64,000 nucleotides of DNA from Halodesulfurarchaeum sp. (GTDB lineage Archaea > Halobacteriota > Halobacteria > Halobacteriales > Halobacteriaceae), in NCBI GenBank assembly GCA_034520565.1, contig JAXHNL010000001.1, positions 81,482-145,481 of the forward strand, in the 5' to 3' direction. The notes under the pieces were generated by a model. It was given only the letters and a program-made list of their open reading frames with translations, ran no database searches and was not told where the DNA came from. The position numbers were made by a program, and so were the translations under genes. Of this stretch, positions 42,282-52,426 are shown piece by piece. Positions within the stretch are counted from its first letter, which is position 1; every line of letters begins with the position of its first letter.

Positions 42282-43400
42282 ATGGTCGCGGATCTCGAGG
42301 ACCGTGAGTTCGCCGAAATGCTCGCGGCCATCTGGGAGCGTCACGGCTGGACCACCGAGGTCACCGACAGGGGCGGGGTGTTCATGGTGGCCGGCGAAAA
42401 GCCGACGGGTCGGCGCGGGCTCATCCTCGTCGCCCCGGGCGATTCTGGCCCGGTGAGTGCCGACCGACTCGAGACCCTCGACTCGCTGCGAACCGATCGG
42501 GGAATCGACGTGCCGGTGGCCGCGACGCGAGGTTCCTTCGACGAGGGGGCCCAGGAAATGGCCGAAATCAACGGGCTTCATCTGGTGGATCCACGAACCC
42601 TCGAGGAGTCGGCCTCGGCAGAAGGCTTCGAGGACCTGTTGAAGAAGTACTCGAAACGGGGACTCGTCGGTCGCCTGTTCGGACCCGTCCCCACCATTCC
42701 GCTCGGATCGATTCCCAGACCGGGGGTATCCTCGATGGGCGTCGGCGGGAACGTGGGGATGGTCGTGGCGGCGGCAGTCGCGGTACTCGTCCTCGTCGTC
42801 CTGGGTGCCGGAACCGTCGGGGGCGGCGGCGGGAGTCTCCTGGCCGGATTACCGATTCCCGACTTCGGGGCAATCGGTGGACGACTGGGTGGCCTCCCGA
42901 TCCCGGATTTCGGGCTGTTCGACGCCATCGGCGGGCTGCTCGGGGCACTGCCCCTCCCGGATATCGGACTCGGTGGCGGCGAGTACAGCGTCACGGCCGT
43001 CTCGTTGACACAAGGCGACGCCGTGCCCGTGACCGTGGGCTGGGACGCAAAGCGCCAGGATGATATCGTCGGTCCAAACCGCACGGCCTTCGAGGCGCCC
43101 GAGAACCACACCTTCGTCGTCGTCCAGCTGAACGCCACGAACCCGGGCACCGACACCCGAATTCTCGAACCGTCGGCGTTTGCGTTCGCCACGGGTCAGA
43201 CCCGCTATGGCCCCCAGCCACTCGAGGGGGCCGAAGGCGAGTTGCCGATCATCCTGCCACCGCTCTCCTCGACGGAGGGATATCTGGTCTTCTCGGTACC
43301 CGCCGAGTCCGAATCGGGAACGCTGCTTGCACTTCCCGGACAGGAGACGGTCCCGATGGAGTTCGATCGGGACCGATCCATCGAGTATCAGGTCCAGTAG
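42282..43400 (+). CDS. Mrr-like restriction-endonuclease-fold domain, TM helix and DUF4352-like domain
   Basis: EFAEMLAAIWERHGW and TRGSFDEGAQEMA...LHLVD; TM VVAAAVAVLVLVVLG; FVVVQLNATN...EGYLVFSVP. Confidence 0.6.
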   Translation: MVADLEDREFAEMLAAIWERHGWTTEVTDRGGVFMVAGEKPTGRRGLILVAPGDSGPVSADRLETLDSLRTDRGIDVPVAATRGSFDEGAQEMAEINGLHLVDPRTLEESASAEGFEDLLKKYSKRGLVGRLFGPVPTIPLGSIPRPGVSSMGVGGNVGMVVAAAVAVLVLVVLGAGTVGGGGGSLLAGLPIPDFGAIGGRLGGLPIPDFGLFDAIGGLLGALPLPDIGLGGGEYSVTAVSLTQGDAVPVTVGWDAKRQDDIVGPNRTAFEAPENHTFVVVQLNATNPGTDTRILEPSAFAFATGQTRYGPQPLEGAEGELPIILPPLSSTEGYLVFSVPAESESGTLLALPGQETVPMEFDRDRSIEYQVQ

Positions 43401-43560
43401 TACTGGACGGGAACGCGGTAACGGGCCTTTCGAAGTGTTTTTCCCCGTTCACGATGGAGTTCGAGTAACTCGCTGGCAGGCGGGCGCCAGCGGGCTCCCG
43501 ATCACTCGGGACGGGATGTGACCCTCACGGGTTGAACCACCAACGCCCGCGGCAACCAGC

Positions 43561-44139
43561 ATGACACGAAGCGCCTATTCGTACATCAAGGAAGCGTGGC
43601 GGGATCCCGACGACGGGAAGCTCGCCGAACTGCAGTGGCAGCGAAAACAGGAGTGGCGAGACCAGGGTGCCATCGAACGGATCGAGCGCCCCACCCGCCT
43701 CGATAAAGCCCGGGACCTCGGCTACAAGGCCAAACAGGGCGTCGTTCTCGCTCGCGTGAGCGTCCGGAAAGGGACAGCCCGGAAGTCCCGCTTTACCGCC
43801 GGCCGGCGCTCCAAGCGCACCGGCGTGAACCGGATCGGCCGGGGCAAGAACCTCCAGCGGATCGCCGAAGAGCGGGCCACCCGGAAGTTCCGGAACCTCC
43901 GCGTGCTCAACTCCTACTGGGTCGGCGAGGACGGCAGCCAGAAGTGGTTCGAAGTGATCCTTCTGGACCCGAACCACCCGGCCATCGAGAACGACGACGA
44001 CCTGAACTGGATCTGCGAGGATACCCACGAGAACCGCGCCCTTCGCGGGCTCACGACCGCCGGCGACCGCGCTCGCGGGATGCTCAAGCGCGGTACCGGG
44101 TCGGAACACACCCGACCGAGCGTCGGCTCCCGGGACTGA
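43561..44139 (+). CDS. rpl15e: 50S ribosomal protein L15e
   Basis: RPTRLDKARDLGYKAKQG, LNSYWVGED, RGLT. Confidence 0.97.
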   Translation: MTRSAYSYIKEAWRDPDDGKLAELQWQRKQEWRDQGAIERIERPTRLDKARDLGYKAKQGVVLARVSVRKGTARKSRFTAGRRSKRTGVNRIGRGKNLQRIAEERATRKFRNLRVLNSYWVGEDGSQKWFEVILLDPNHPAIENDDDLNWICEDTHENRALRGLTTAGDRARGMLKRGTGSEHTRPSVGSRD

Positions 44140-44239
44140 GGGGGAGTCAGGTTTTCCGGTTCAAAACGCCGCAGAGCCGATCGGCCGGAGCCGTGCCCCT
44201 ACGTGGACGTTTATCAGGGCCCGAGTCATTAGTTGGCAT

Positions 44240-45337
44240 ATGACAACTGCGGACGGACCGCTCGCTGACGTCGCTCCGGAGAACCTGGCATCCCTCGTTC
44301 GGTCGGCCGGAGTCTCCGGCGCCGGTGGCGCCGGGTTTCCCGCCTACGCGAAGTGGGAGCGAATCGACGAGATCGACGCGATCCTGATCAATCACCAGGA
44401 GAGCGAGCCAAACTTCCTCAAGGACCGATATCTCGGCCGGGAACACGCGTCGGAACTCGCCGATCTGATCGATTGGCTGCTCGAATCGGTCGTCTCGACG
44501 GTCGTCATCGGAACGAAGGAGGCCTATCGGGGGGTCTGGCTCGGGGCTCTCGAGGAACAAACCGACGCGGCCGTCGTGGCGCCTGGGGAGTTACCGCTTT
44601 CCGTCGAATCAGGCCCCGAGGTGGTCATCGCCTGCACGGAGGACCGCTACGAGTTCGGCATGGAGAGCGTGCTCCTGCGCGCGGCCGCCGACGTGACGAT
44701 CGGCCGGGATCTGCCGCTCGATCACGGCTGGCTCGTCCAGAACACCGAGTCGATGTACAACATCTCCCGGGCCCTCGCCGACGGTAAACCGGTGACGAGG
44801 AAACTGGTTCACGTCGACGGGGACACGCCCAGACACCGGTTCCTCGACGTTCCCGTCGGCACGCCGGCGACCACGCTCCTGGCCAAAGCAGGAAGACCGG
44901 GTGGTCCGGGTGGAACGGAGATTCTTGCGGACGGGGGGCCGGGCTGGAGTTTCGAAATCGAGGAGCGGCCGGACCGCTTCGGCGTCCGAAAGCGGACGAA
45001 CAGCCTCCTCATCGTCGACGAGGAGCTGGCGGCGGAAAACACGCTTGGCGGGGGTCGAATCAACATTCTCGGACCGCAGGCCTGGAAGAAGCGGAAGTTC
45101 GAGACCGAGCCCGAGCGAGTCGAGCCACCGTACGTCCGAATTCCCCTGCTGACGAACGAATCGCTCGCGGATGTGGTCTCTCGGAGCCAGCCGATCGTCT
45201 CGCCGGGCGACCGTGTCGAGCGGGGCGAGCGGATCGCCGATCCGGCCCAGGAGGGGATCAGCATCCCACAGCACGCCTCCATCGACGGCAGCGTGACCGA
45301 GGTAACGGCGACCCACGTCACAATAGAACAAGCCTGA
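44240..45337 (+). CDS. RnfC/PduS/NuoF-like flavoprotein lacking Fe-S motifs
   Basis: AGVSGAGGAGFP, ESEP, SLBB-like VPVGTP, C-terminal PIVSPGDRV...HASIDG. Confidence 0.7.
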   Translation: MTTADGPLADVAPENLASLVRSAGVSGAGGAGFPAYAKWERIDEIDAILINHQESEPNFLKDRYLGREHASELADLIDWLLESVVSTVVIGTKEAYRGVWLGALEEQTDAAVVAPGELPLSVESGPEVVIACTEDRYEFGMESVLLRAAADVTIGRDLPLDHGWLVQNTESMYNISRALADGKPVTRKLVHVDGDTPRHRFLDVPVGTPATTLLAKAGRPGGPGGTEILADGGPGWSFEIEERPDRFGVRKRTNSLLIVDEELAAENTLGGGRINILGPQAWKKRKFETEPERVEPPYVRIPLLTNESLADVVSRSQPIVSPGDRVERGERIADPAQEGISIPQHASIDGSVTEVTATHVTIEQA

Positions 45338-45432
45338 ACTGAGGTAGCGAGAGTCGGGGAAATTCCGGCCACTCTCCGAATCGAGTGCGCCAAACAGGTT
45401 TCGTGGTTTGGCCGAAACGAACGCGGACCGAT

Positions 45433-46107
45433 TTATAACACGTCCGCGAAGTCCTCGTGGCTGTGGATGTCCACGCCCTCCTCGGTCACTTCGGCGACCG
45501 TCACGCCGTTCCCGCTTGCCGTGTCCCGTTCGGTGGCACTCTGGACCGCACGGGTGGCGAGTTCGATGCCCGCCTCGTGGGAGAGGTCCGCCTCGTACTC
45601 CTGTTCGAGCACCCCGAGCGCGAACTGCATTCCGCTGCCGGTGACGACGTAGTCGTCTTCGCTCAGTCCACCCATCGGATCGATGCTGTACACGTGGGGC
45701 CCGGTTTCATCGACGCCACCGAGGATCGGGTTGATCATGAAGAAGGGGCCGCCACGGAGGAAGTTCGAGGCGAGCGTCGCGAGGGCGTTGATCTTCATCG
45801 TCACGCCCCGGCGTGCCTCATAGAGGCTCGCTTCCGCCCGGATGGAGCGGATGAACGATTGCGCGCCGCCGACCGAGCCAACCATGGTCAAAGCGGCTCT
45901 GTCGTGAATCTGCTCGACTTTGATCACGTTCTTGTTCGAGACGATCCGGCCGCCCAGGCTCGCCCGCCGATCGGTCGCGATCACGACGGAATCGGCCGTC
46001 GTGACCCCGACCGACGTGGTGCCGGTCTCGGTGTGCTGGACCTCGCTCCCCCCGGCTTCCTCGGGCACTGAGCCAAGCTCGGGTTCGTACGGGTCCTGCA
46101 GGTTCAT
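45433..46107 (-). CDS. psmB: Proteasome subunit beta
   Basis: Propeptide followed by G|TTSVG; DRRAS, GSG, RDTASG. Confidence 0.95.
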   Translation of the reverse strand: MNLQDPYEPELGSVPEEAGGSEVQHTETGTTSVGVTTADSVVIATDRRASLGGRIVSNKNVIKVEQIHDRAALTMVGSVGGAQSFIRSIRAEASLYEARRGVTMKINALATLASNFLRGGPFFMINPILGGVDETGPHVYSIDPMGGLSEDDYVVTGSGMQFALGVLEQEYEADLSHEAGIELATRAVQSATERDTASGNGVTVAEVTEEGVDIHSHEDFADVL

Positions 46108-46838
46108 TCCTCGTCCTCCTCCTCGATCGCTTCGAGGTGGGTCGCGATCTCGGATTCGGCGAGCCGCGCGTAGGTCGCCGTCTCGGTCTCGATCGCACCC
46201 ATCGCCAGTTCGGCGGCTTCGAGGGGTTCGTCCCGAGTCTGAGCGAGTGCCGAAAGCGCCAGTTCGATGCCCTCATCGAGGGAGAGGTCCGGCGTCCAGT
46301 GCTCTTCGAGGTAGTCCTGGATTTCGGCCCGGTCGTCGCCGATGGCGACGGCCTTCCACTCGTTGGGGGTGCCACTCGGGTCGGTCTCGAAGAGGCGTGG
46401 TTCGCCGTTCGAAACCCCACCGATCAGGAGGGCGGCACCGAAGGGGCGCACGCCTCCCATCTGAGTGTACTGCTGAATGTTGTCCGTGACCGCCTTGGTT
46501 AGGACCTCGGTGTCGATCGGCTCCTCGTAACGGAGCTCCTCGACCTGAGCCCGGCGACGGGCGAAGTCGATCAGGCGGCGGGCGTCGGCCACGTGACCGG
46601 CGCTGGCGATGCCGACGTGATTGGCGACCTTGTGGAGCTTCTCGATGGAGTCAGCCTCCATGAGCGGCGAGCGGGACCGCTTGTCGACAGCGAGGACGAC
46701 GCCTTCGGGCGTCCGAACCCCCACGGACGGCGTGCCTCGTTTGACTGCTTCGCGTGCGTATTCGACCTGATAAAGGCGTCCGTCCGGGGAGAAGATGGTA
46801 ATCCCCCGGTCGTAGGCCTGTTGCTGTTGACCCTGCAT
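46104..46838 (-). CDS. psmA: Proteasome subunit alpha
   Basis: YDRGITIFSPDGRLYQVEYA, RPFG, TDPSG. Confidence 0.96.
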   Translation of the reverse strand: MQGQQQQAYDRGITIFSPDGRLYQVEYAREAVKRGTPSVGVRTPEGVVLAVDKRSRSPLMEADSIEKLHKVANHVGIASAGHVADARRLIDFARRRAQVEELRYEEPIDTEVLTKAVTDNIQQYTQMGGVRPFGAALLIGGVSNGEPRLFETDPSGTPNEWKAVAIGDDRAEIQDYLEEHWTPDLSLDEGIELALSALAQTRDEPLEAAELAMGAIETETATYARLAESEIATHLEAIEEEDEE

Positions 46839-46919
46839 AGGTTCGTTCGCACGAACGTTGCCCCGCGTCGGGTAAAGGCCTGCCGGACGCAGTTCGAATC
46901 CCCGAATCTCGAGGGGCGC

Positions 46920-49106
46920 TTAGAAGTAGTTGATGCTCTCGGGAAGCTCGGTCTTCATGCCCTTGCGCTCGCGGATCTCGGTGATCTTCTCGGGCTGGAG
47001 GTTGTCGACGAGCACGCGGAAGCCGGCGTTCTCCGTGTTCCAGGAGGCCCGGCCCTCGGTCGCCGACCGGATGTCCGAGGAGAACCCGATCATTTCCCCG
47101 ACCGGTGCGATCCCCTCGACGACCATCAGGTCGCCCTCCTGATACATGTCGTCGACGCGGCCACGTCGACCCTGAATCTCGCCGGAGGCCGCGCCCATGT
47201 GCTCGGACGGAACGTCGATGCGGACGTCCTGGATCGGCTCGAGCAGCCGGATCTGGCCGTCGATCAGGGCGCGGTGAACCGCCTCGCGCATCGCCGGGAT
47301 GACCTGGGCCGGCCCGCGGTGGATGGCGTCTTCGTGGAGTCGGGCGTCGTGCAGCCGCACCAGCGCACCTTCGACCGGCTCTGCGGCGAGCGGGCCGTCT
47401 TCGAGCGCCTCTTCGAGGCCCTCGATGATGAGTTCCATCGTCTCGTTGAGGTGCTGAATCCCCTTCGTGTCGTCGATGAAGACGTTGGTGCCGATGATGT
47501 CCTCGACGTCCTGGGAGGTCTCTTTCTCCATCCCTGCCTCCTGGAGGGCCTCACGGCGCTCCTGCTCGGGCATGTCCATGGAGGCTTCGCCGAGTTTGAT
47601 CGTGTCGACGATCTCCTCGCCGAGGGGCTCGACCGTGACGTAGAAGCGGTTGTGGCGGTTCGGCGAAATGCCCTGCACTTCCTCGGACTCCTGGGTCGGG
47701 GCCTCGCGGTAGACGACGATCGGTTCACCGGTGCGGACCGGAATGCCCTGGTTGCGCTCGATGCGCTGGGTGATGACCTCGAGGTGGAGTTCGCCCTGTC
47801 CGGAGATGAGGTGCTCGCCGGTGTCCTCGTTGATCTCCACGCCGATGGTCGGGTCCTCCTTCGAGACCTGCTGGAGGACCTCGATCAACTTCGGGAGGTC
47901 GTCCATCTTCTGGGCCTCGATGGACTTCGTAATGACCGGCTCGGAGATGTGTTCGATGGACTCGAACGGTGTCATCTCGACGGAGGAGACCGTCGAACCG
48001 GCGATGGCGTCTTTCAGGCCGGTGACGGACGCGACGTTCCCGGCCGGAACTTCGGCGACCTCCTCTCGCTCGCCGCCCATGAAGACCCCGACCGACTGCA
48101 AACGGTTTTTCCCGGCGGTCCCGGAGACGTAGAGTTCCTGGCCTTCCTGAAGCGTTCCGGAGAAGACCCGGCCCGTGGCGATCTCGCCGGCGTGCGGGTC
48201 CATGGAGATGTCCGTGACCATGAACACGACCTCGCCGTCCTTGTTGACGTGCTGCATGTCCTTGGCGAGCTGGGAGTCGGGGTCGCCACGCCAGATAGTG
48301 GGAATCCGGTCGGGTTGCGCGTCGACCGGGTTCGGGAAGTGCTCGGCGACCATGTCGAGGACGACGTTCGAGAGCGGGGACTGCTCGTGCAGCTCCACGC
48401 GCTTGTCGTTTCGCTCCATCTTGATGACGTCCCCGAAGTCGATGCCCGTCGCGGCCATCGAGGGGGCGCTGATCGCCCAGTTGTACAGGGCCGACCCGAA
48501 CGCGACGGTACCGTCCTGGACGCTGACCTTCCAGTTGTCCTCCTCGTAGCGTTCCTCTGCCATCCCACGGATGAGCTCGTTGACGTCTCGGATGACGTTC
48601 TGGAGGCGCTCCTGCATCTCCTCGGGGCCCTCCTGCAGCTCGTTGATCAGGCGGTCGACCTTGTTGATGAACAGGGCCGGTTTGACGTTCTCCCGCAGGG
48701 CCTGCCGGACGACCGTCTCGGTCTGGGGCATCGTCCCCTCGACGGCGTCGACGACCACGAGCGCCCCGTCAACCGCGCGCATCGCCCGCGTGACGTCGCC
48801 ACCGAAGTCGACGTGACCGGGGGTGTCGATGAGGTTGACGAGGTAGTTGGTGTCCTGGTACTCGTGGGTCATCGAGACGTTCGCCGCGTCGATGGTGATG
48901 CCACGTTCCTGTTCGTCCTCCTCGGTGTCCATCGCCAGTTGCTCGCCGGCGAGGTCGTCGGAGATCATGCCGGCCCCCGCGAGAAGGTTGTCGGTCAGCG
49001 TGGTTTTGCCGTGATCGATGTGAGCGGCGATCGCGATGTTCCGGATCTGGTCCGGATGATCCATGAGCCGCTCACACTGTTCGACGATTTTCTTGCGTCG
49101 GCCCAT
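46920..49106 (-). CDS. fusA: Elongation factor 2 (aEF-2)
   Basis: [45 protein letters not shown]. Confidence 0.98.
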   Translation of the reverse strand: MGRRKKIVEQCERLMDHPDQIRNIAIAAHIDHGKTTLTDNLLAGAGMISDDLAGEQLAMDTEEDEQERGITIDAANVSMTHEYQDTNYLVNLIDTPGHVDFGGDVTRAMRAVDGALVVVDAVEGTMPQTETVVRQALRENVKPALFINKVDRLINELQEGPEEMQERLQNVIRDVNELIRGMAEERYEEDNWKVSVQDGTVAFGSALYNWAISAPSMAATGIDFGDVIKMERNDKRVELHEQSPLSNVVLDMVAEHFPNPVDAQPDRIPTIWRGDPDSQLAKDMQHVNKDGEVVFMVTDISMDPHAGEIATGRVFSGTLQEGQELYVSGTAGKNRLQSVGVFMGGEREEVAEVPAGNVASVTGLKDAIAGSTVSSVEMTPFESIEHISEPVITKSIEAQKMDDLPKLIEVLQQVSKEDPTIGVEINEDTGEHLISGQGELHLEVITQRIERNQGIPVRTGEPIVVYREAPTQESEEVQGISPNRHNRFYVTVEPLGEEIVDTIKLGEASMDMPEQERREALQEAGMEKETSQDVEDIIGTNVFIDDTKGIQHLNETMELIIEGLEEALEDGPLAAEPVEGALVRLHDARLHEDAIHRGPAQVIPAMREAVHRALIDGQIRLLEPIQDVRIDVPSEHMGAASGEIQGRRGRVDDMYQEGDLMVVEGIAPVGEMIGFSSDIRSATEGRASWNTENAGFRVLVDNLQPEKITEIRERKGMKTELPESINYF

Positions 49107-49310
49107 TGTTAACCCGTAGTTCCCCGCGCCGGTTCAAAAGGGTAGTGTTTCCTGCTGAGGCGCCGGTATGGGTACACGCACCAAAGACCGCCAGCACGCA
49201 CAGGGCAATGGCGGGCCGGGCTGGAGTCGGTTCACTGCTATTGCAAGAGATCGGTTTCGGGATTTCTCGCTGGTTGTATAGAAACGTATTAGATCGAATA
49301 CATGTGTCAA

Positions 49311-49337
49311 TGCTGAATAGAACGCGCATATCTTGCG
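49311..49337 (-). repeat. 27-bp putative recombination site L1
   Basis: TGCTGAATA-gaacgcgca-TATCTTGCG. Confidence 0.7.
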
Positions 49338-49440
49338 CAGTCTTCTATGGTGTGCTTGTCGAACTATAGCAGTTTAGTAGTCACAAGCGAAATCAGGAAA
49401 AGCCAATTACTAACCCTAGAAACATACGGCGGTCACTCTA

Positions 49441-51201
49441 TCACTCCTCAGATCCCTTTTCGTCATTTGAAGTACCGACTGGTAGCCAAAACGTTACCAC
49501 ACACCCACGGGGCTTGTTGTCGGTAATCGCCAATTCCCCGCCGAGTGTTTTTGCGGACCACTCCATTATCCACAGGCCAACCCCGAGACTGTGACCCAGA
49601 GGGGTTTGCTCGGCTGACTGGATTGCCTTCCGTTCGAATTCGGACATCCCCGGACCATTGTCAGCGATAGTTATTTGAATTTGATCGCCGTCCCGGTCTC
49701 GTTGGACCGTGATCGACACTTTCGGTGGGGACTGGTCAGTGTGTTGGATTGCGTTTGAGACGGCCTCATCCATCGCATTCTTGAACAACGCTGTGTTTCG
49801 AATCTGAATGTCTCCGATATCCCCAACCGTACAGCTGATTTCTGCCCCCGGATACTGTCGCTGATATGTTTCGAAAAATGACACCATATCGGGCCGTTCC
49901 CACTTCTCACGAACTTTGGCCAAATCCCTGATTGAGCTGATCTTCCCCGTCTTCTCACCGATCTTTTGCATCGATGCGGCCTGGTCTCGAATCGCCGCGA
50001 CCGACGCCCTGCGAGCATTCGGGTCCAACTCCCCGTCTTCCAATAACGCTGCGTGCCCGTCGATGACGGTAATCGCGCTTCGCAAGTTGTGGCGTATCAC
50101 ACGATTCATAACGTCAAGTGCCTTCCTCGTGAGCACGTTCTCAGTGACGTCTTCAATAATTCCCACAAAGTGGGTTATTTCGTCGTCCACATCCCAAACC
50201 GGGGTGATGGTTTGTTTGGCCTCGTATAATTCACCGTATTTCGTCTTGTTCACAATTTCTGCGTCCCAAACATCACCCGCGGTAATCGTTTCCCATAGCT
50301 CCGCGTAGAATTCGTCGTCCTGCTGGCCAGATTTGAGGATTCTCGGGTTCCGACCGATTGCTTCGGCAGCCGTATATTCGTTCAATCGCTCGAAGGTGGG
50401 ATTAACGTATTGGATCGTTCCATCCAAGTCGGTAATCACGATAGCTTTCTCGGACTCCTCGGCATGTGCTTTGAACAAGGAGAGATCCTGTTCCTGTTGC
50501 TTTTTAGCGGTGATGTCCTGTTGGTAGCCGAGATAGTTCGTGACTGTTCCGGAGTCGTCCCGGACCGGGATAATAGTGACACGGTTCCAGAACATCGAGC
50601 CGTCTTTTCGATAGTTTCGTAACTCGACAGAGACGGGCTCTTCAGCATCAATTGATTCTCGCATTTGCGCCACTGGCTCCTCACGTGTGGCTTCACCCTG
50701 GAGAAACCGACAGTTCCGGCCCAGGATTTCCTCACGGTCGTAACCGGTTATCTTGCAGAACCCATCGTTAACATGGATGAGTGGATTGTGGGGCTGGGAT
50801 GGGTCCGAAACTGTGATACCGATGGGGGCTTCGTCTATTTCCTCACCCTGGAGTAGTTGCTCTGGGCTCGCATATCTATCGGTCAGCGGAAACACTGAGG
50901 TTTGGACGTGTTGACTGCCCTCCCACGTGGTCATCGAACTCACGGCGATGACTTCAGTTGGGTCGGGAGCCGTGTCGAGTTTGAGAGTGAGGCCACGGGC
51001 AGAAGCCTCCCCGTTTTCGATTACCGAAATCTGTTCGCGGAGTGGAGTATGATAGTCAGTGTCAACTATATCCAGCAAAGACATGCCGACAAGTTCTGCC
51101 GGTGAATCTACATCGATAAATGAACAAAATGTGGAGTTAGCATAGACGATCTCAGTCCCGGAATGTACGAGAAATGAATCGGGCATAGAATTAGAGCCCA
51201 T
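49441..51201 (-). CDS. PAS/LOV/PAS sensor histidine kinase
   Basis: LOV signature GRNCRFLQG and NYRKDG; further PAS with GRNPRILKSG; H-box RHNLR; N-box EAVSNAIQH; DNGPG; GVGLW; start uncertain. Confidence 0.92.
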   Translation of the reverse strand: MGSNSMPDSFLVHSGTEIVYANSTFCSFIDVDSPAELVGMSLLDIVDTDYHTPLREQISVIENGEASARGLTLKLDTAPDPTEVIAVSSMTTWEGSQHVQTSVFPLTDRYASPEQLLQGEEIDEAPIGITVSDPSQPHNPLIHVNDGFCKITGYDREEILGRNCRFLQGEATREEPVAQMRESIDAEEPVSVELRNYRKDGSMFWNRVTIIPVRDDSGTVTNYLGYQQDITAKKQQEQDLSLFKAHAEESEKAIVITDLDGTIQYVNPTFERLNEYTAAEAIGRNPRILKSGQQDDEFYAELWETITAGDVWDAEIVNKTKYGELYEAKQTITPVWDVDDEITHFVGIIEDVTENVLTRKALDVMNRVIRHNLRSAITVIDGHAALLEDGELDPNARRASVAAIRDQAASMQKIGEKTGKISSIRDLAKVREKWERPDMVSFFETYQRQYPGAEISCTVGDIGDIQIRNTALFKNAMDEAVSNAIQHTDQSPPKVSITVQRDRDGDQIQITIADNGPGMSEFERKAIQSAEQTPLGHSLGVGLWIMEWSAKTLGGELAITDNKPRGCVVTFWLPVGTSNDEKGSEE

Positions 51202-51307
51202 ATGTGACTTTATGTCACCCAACGGGATATAGTTTTAGCAGTCCACCCTGGAAAATGTGTCTAACCATGTGCGAAAGATAGGGCCTCTGTGCTGCATACA
51301 CACTCTA

Positions 51308-52286
51308 GGCCTTGTTTAGACGACTGAAATCACTGGGTAGAACCCTCAATGCCGCGTTCGATGTTTCGGACCGCGGATTTCATGACAAGTTCGCGGAATT
51401 GACCGAACCAGGTTCTCGACCAGAGCGTGTCTCCATATCTGCGCCGGAGACCGAAAAACACCGATTCAGCGTTCGAGCGTTGGTGATACGCCCGATCATG
51501 GATGAGCAAGTTTCTCGCCCATCCCCGCATCCCAGGGTCTCGCTGCGGAATCAACGGTGTGATATGTTCCGCACGCAACCGCGTGCGAAGCTCCTCCCAG
51601 TCGTAGCCCTTATCGGCCGCGAGAGTGCTCAATGCGTCGAGATTCCGGGTTAGCACCTGCCAGCCAACCTGTGTATCGTGTGGTTGTTTCATCGAACAGT
51701 GTATATCTAGGATCGCACTCGTCTCACAATCGACCAGCAGCGTCGTCTTCACCGCTTCGAACGTGTAGTCCGTCCGTTTCGCGTAATGCTGGCTGGCCTG
51801 GACGCGATCCACGCCGGTTGCGTCGATCGCCTGAACATCTCCGAGTTCGTACAGTTCGACCGACGAATCGAGCATCGCTCGCCACCGCTTCATCGGGATC
51901 TCCTGCTTTCTCGCACAGACCGTCGAGAAGTGAGGCAGTGTCTCAACGGTTAATCCAAGCGAATTCGCGACTCTCGGCATCTCACGGAGGACATCCATCA
52001 GCTTCCGGTAATCGTGGTTGAGATACTCTTTGAGCCCTTGAATGGCGAGAATGACCCAGTCGGCATACCCTTCTTCGCCCGGCCGGTATGCCGGCGCTGG
52101 CTGGCCAGCGACGGCTTTTTGAGCGAACGACACGACTGTCTTCGCGAAGCGGGCGGTCTTCGTGAGCACACCGAAACCGTCCCGCTTCACTTCCTAGTAA
52201 ATTTGGTACTTCTCAATATTTACTAGAATGACGATAATAGTTAGATGGGTCCTAACCTCCCCGAATTCAATCGTCTAAACAAGGCC
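51308..52286 (-). mobile_element. IS5-family insertion sequence (ISH1-like group), 979 bp
   Basis: TIR GGCCTTGTTTAGACGA / TCGTCTAAACAAGGCC; 9-bp TSD CACACTCTA at 51299-51307 and 52287-52295. Confidence 0.92.
51330..52190 (-). CDS. IS5-family DDE transposase
   Basis: AIDATG, ADKGYD, YHQRSNAESVF. Confidence 0.92.
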   Translation of the reverse strand: MKRDGFGVLTKTARFAKTVVSFAQKAVAGQPAPAYRPGEEGYADWVILAIQGLKEYLNHDYRKLMDVLREMPRVANSLGLTVETLPHFSTVCARKQEIPMKRWRAMLDSSVELYELGDVQAIDATGVDRVQASQHYAKRTDYTFEAVKTTLLVDCETSAILDIHCSMKQPHDTQVGWQVLTRNLDALSTLAADKGYDWEELRTRLRAEHITPLIPQRDPGMRGWARNLLIHDRAYHQRSNAESVFFGLRRRYGDTLWSRTWFGQFRELVMKSAVRNIERGIEGSTQ

Positions 52287-52343
52287 CACACTCTATATTC
52301 AGCAGTCGGTTTCTGACAAACTTTGAGTAGAACTCAGCGAGCG

Positions 52344-52370
52344 TGCTGAATACAACGCGCGTATGTCGCA
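52344..52370 (-). repeat. 27-bp putative recombination site L2
   Basis: TGCTGAATA-caacgcgcg-TATGTCGCA. Confidence 0.75.
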
Positions 52371-52426
52371 AACCGGGGGGATTAACTCGTGGGATCCGTA
52401 TGTAACGGTAGAGAGGCGATGCACGA

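Larger units (their letters stand above)
51290..52304 (+). repeat. 27-bp putative recombination site R1, split by the IS
   Basis: Removing the IS and one TSD copy gives TGCTGCATA-cacactcta-TATTCAGCA. Confidence 0.8.

Noticed and set aside
46593-49112. Long antisense ORFs (for example 839 aa opposite fusA, and others opposite aspS, ftsZ and rpo genes)
   Set aside because: Shadow ORFs are expected from high-GC codon bias opposite well-supported genes.
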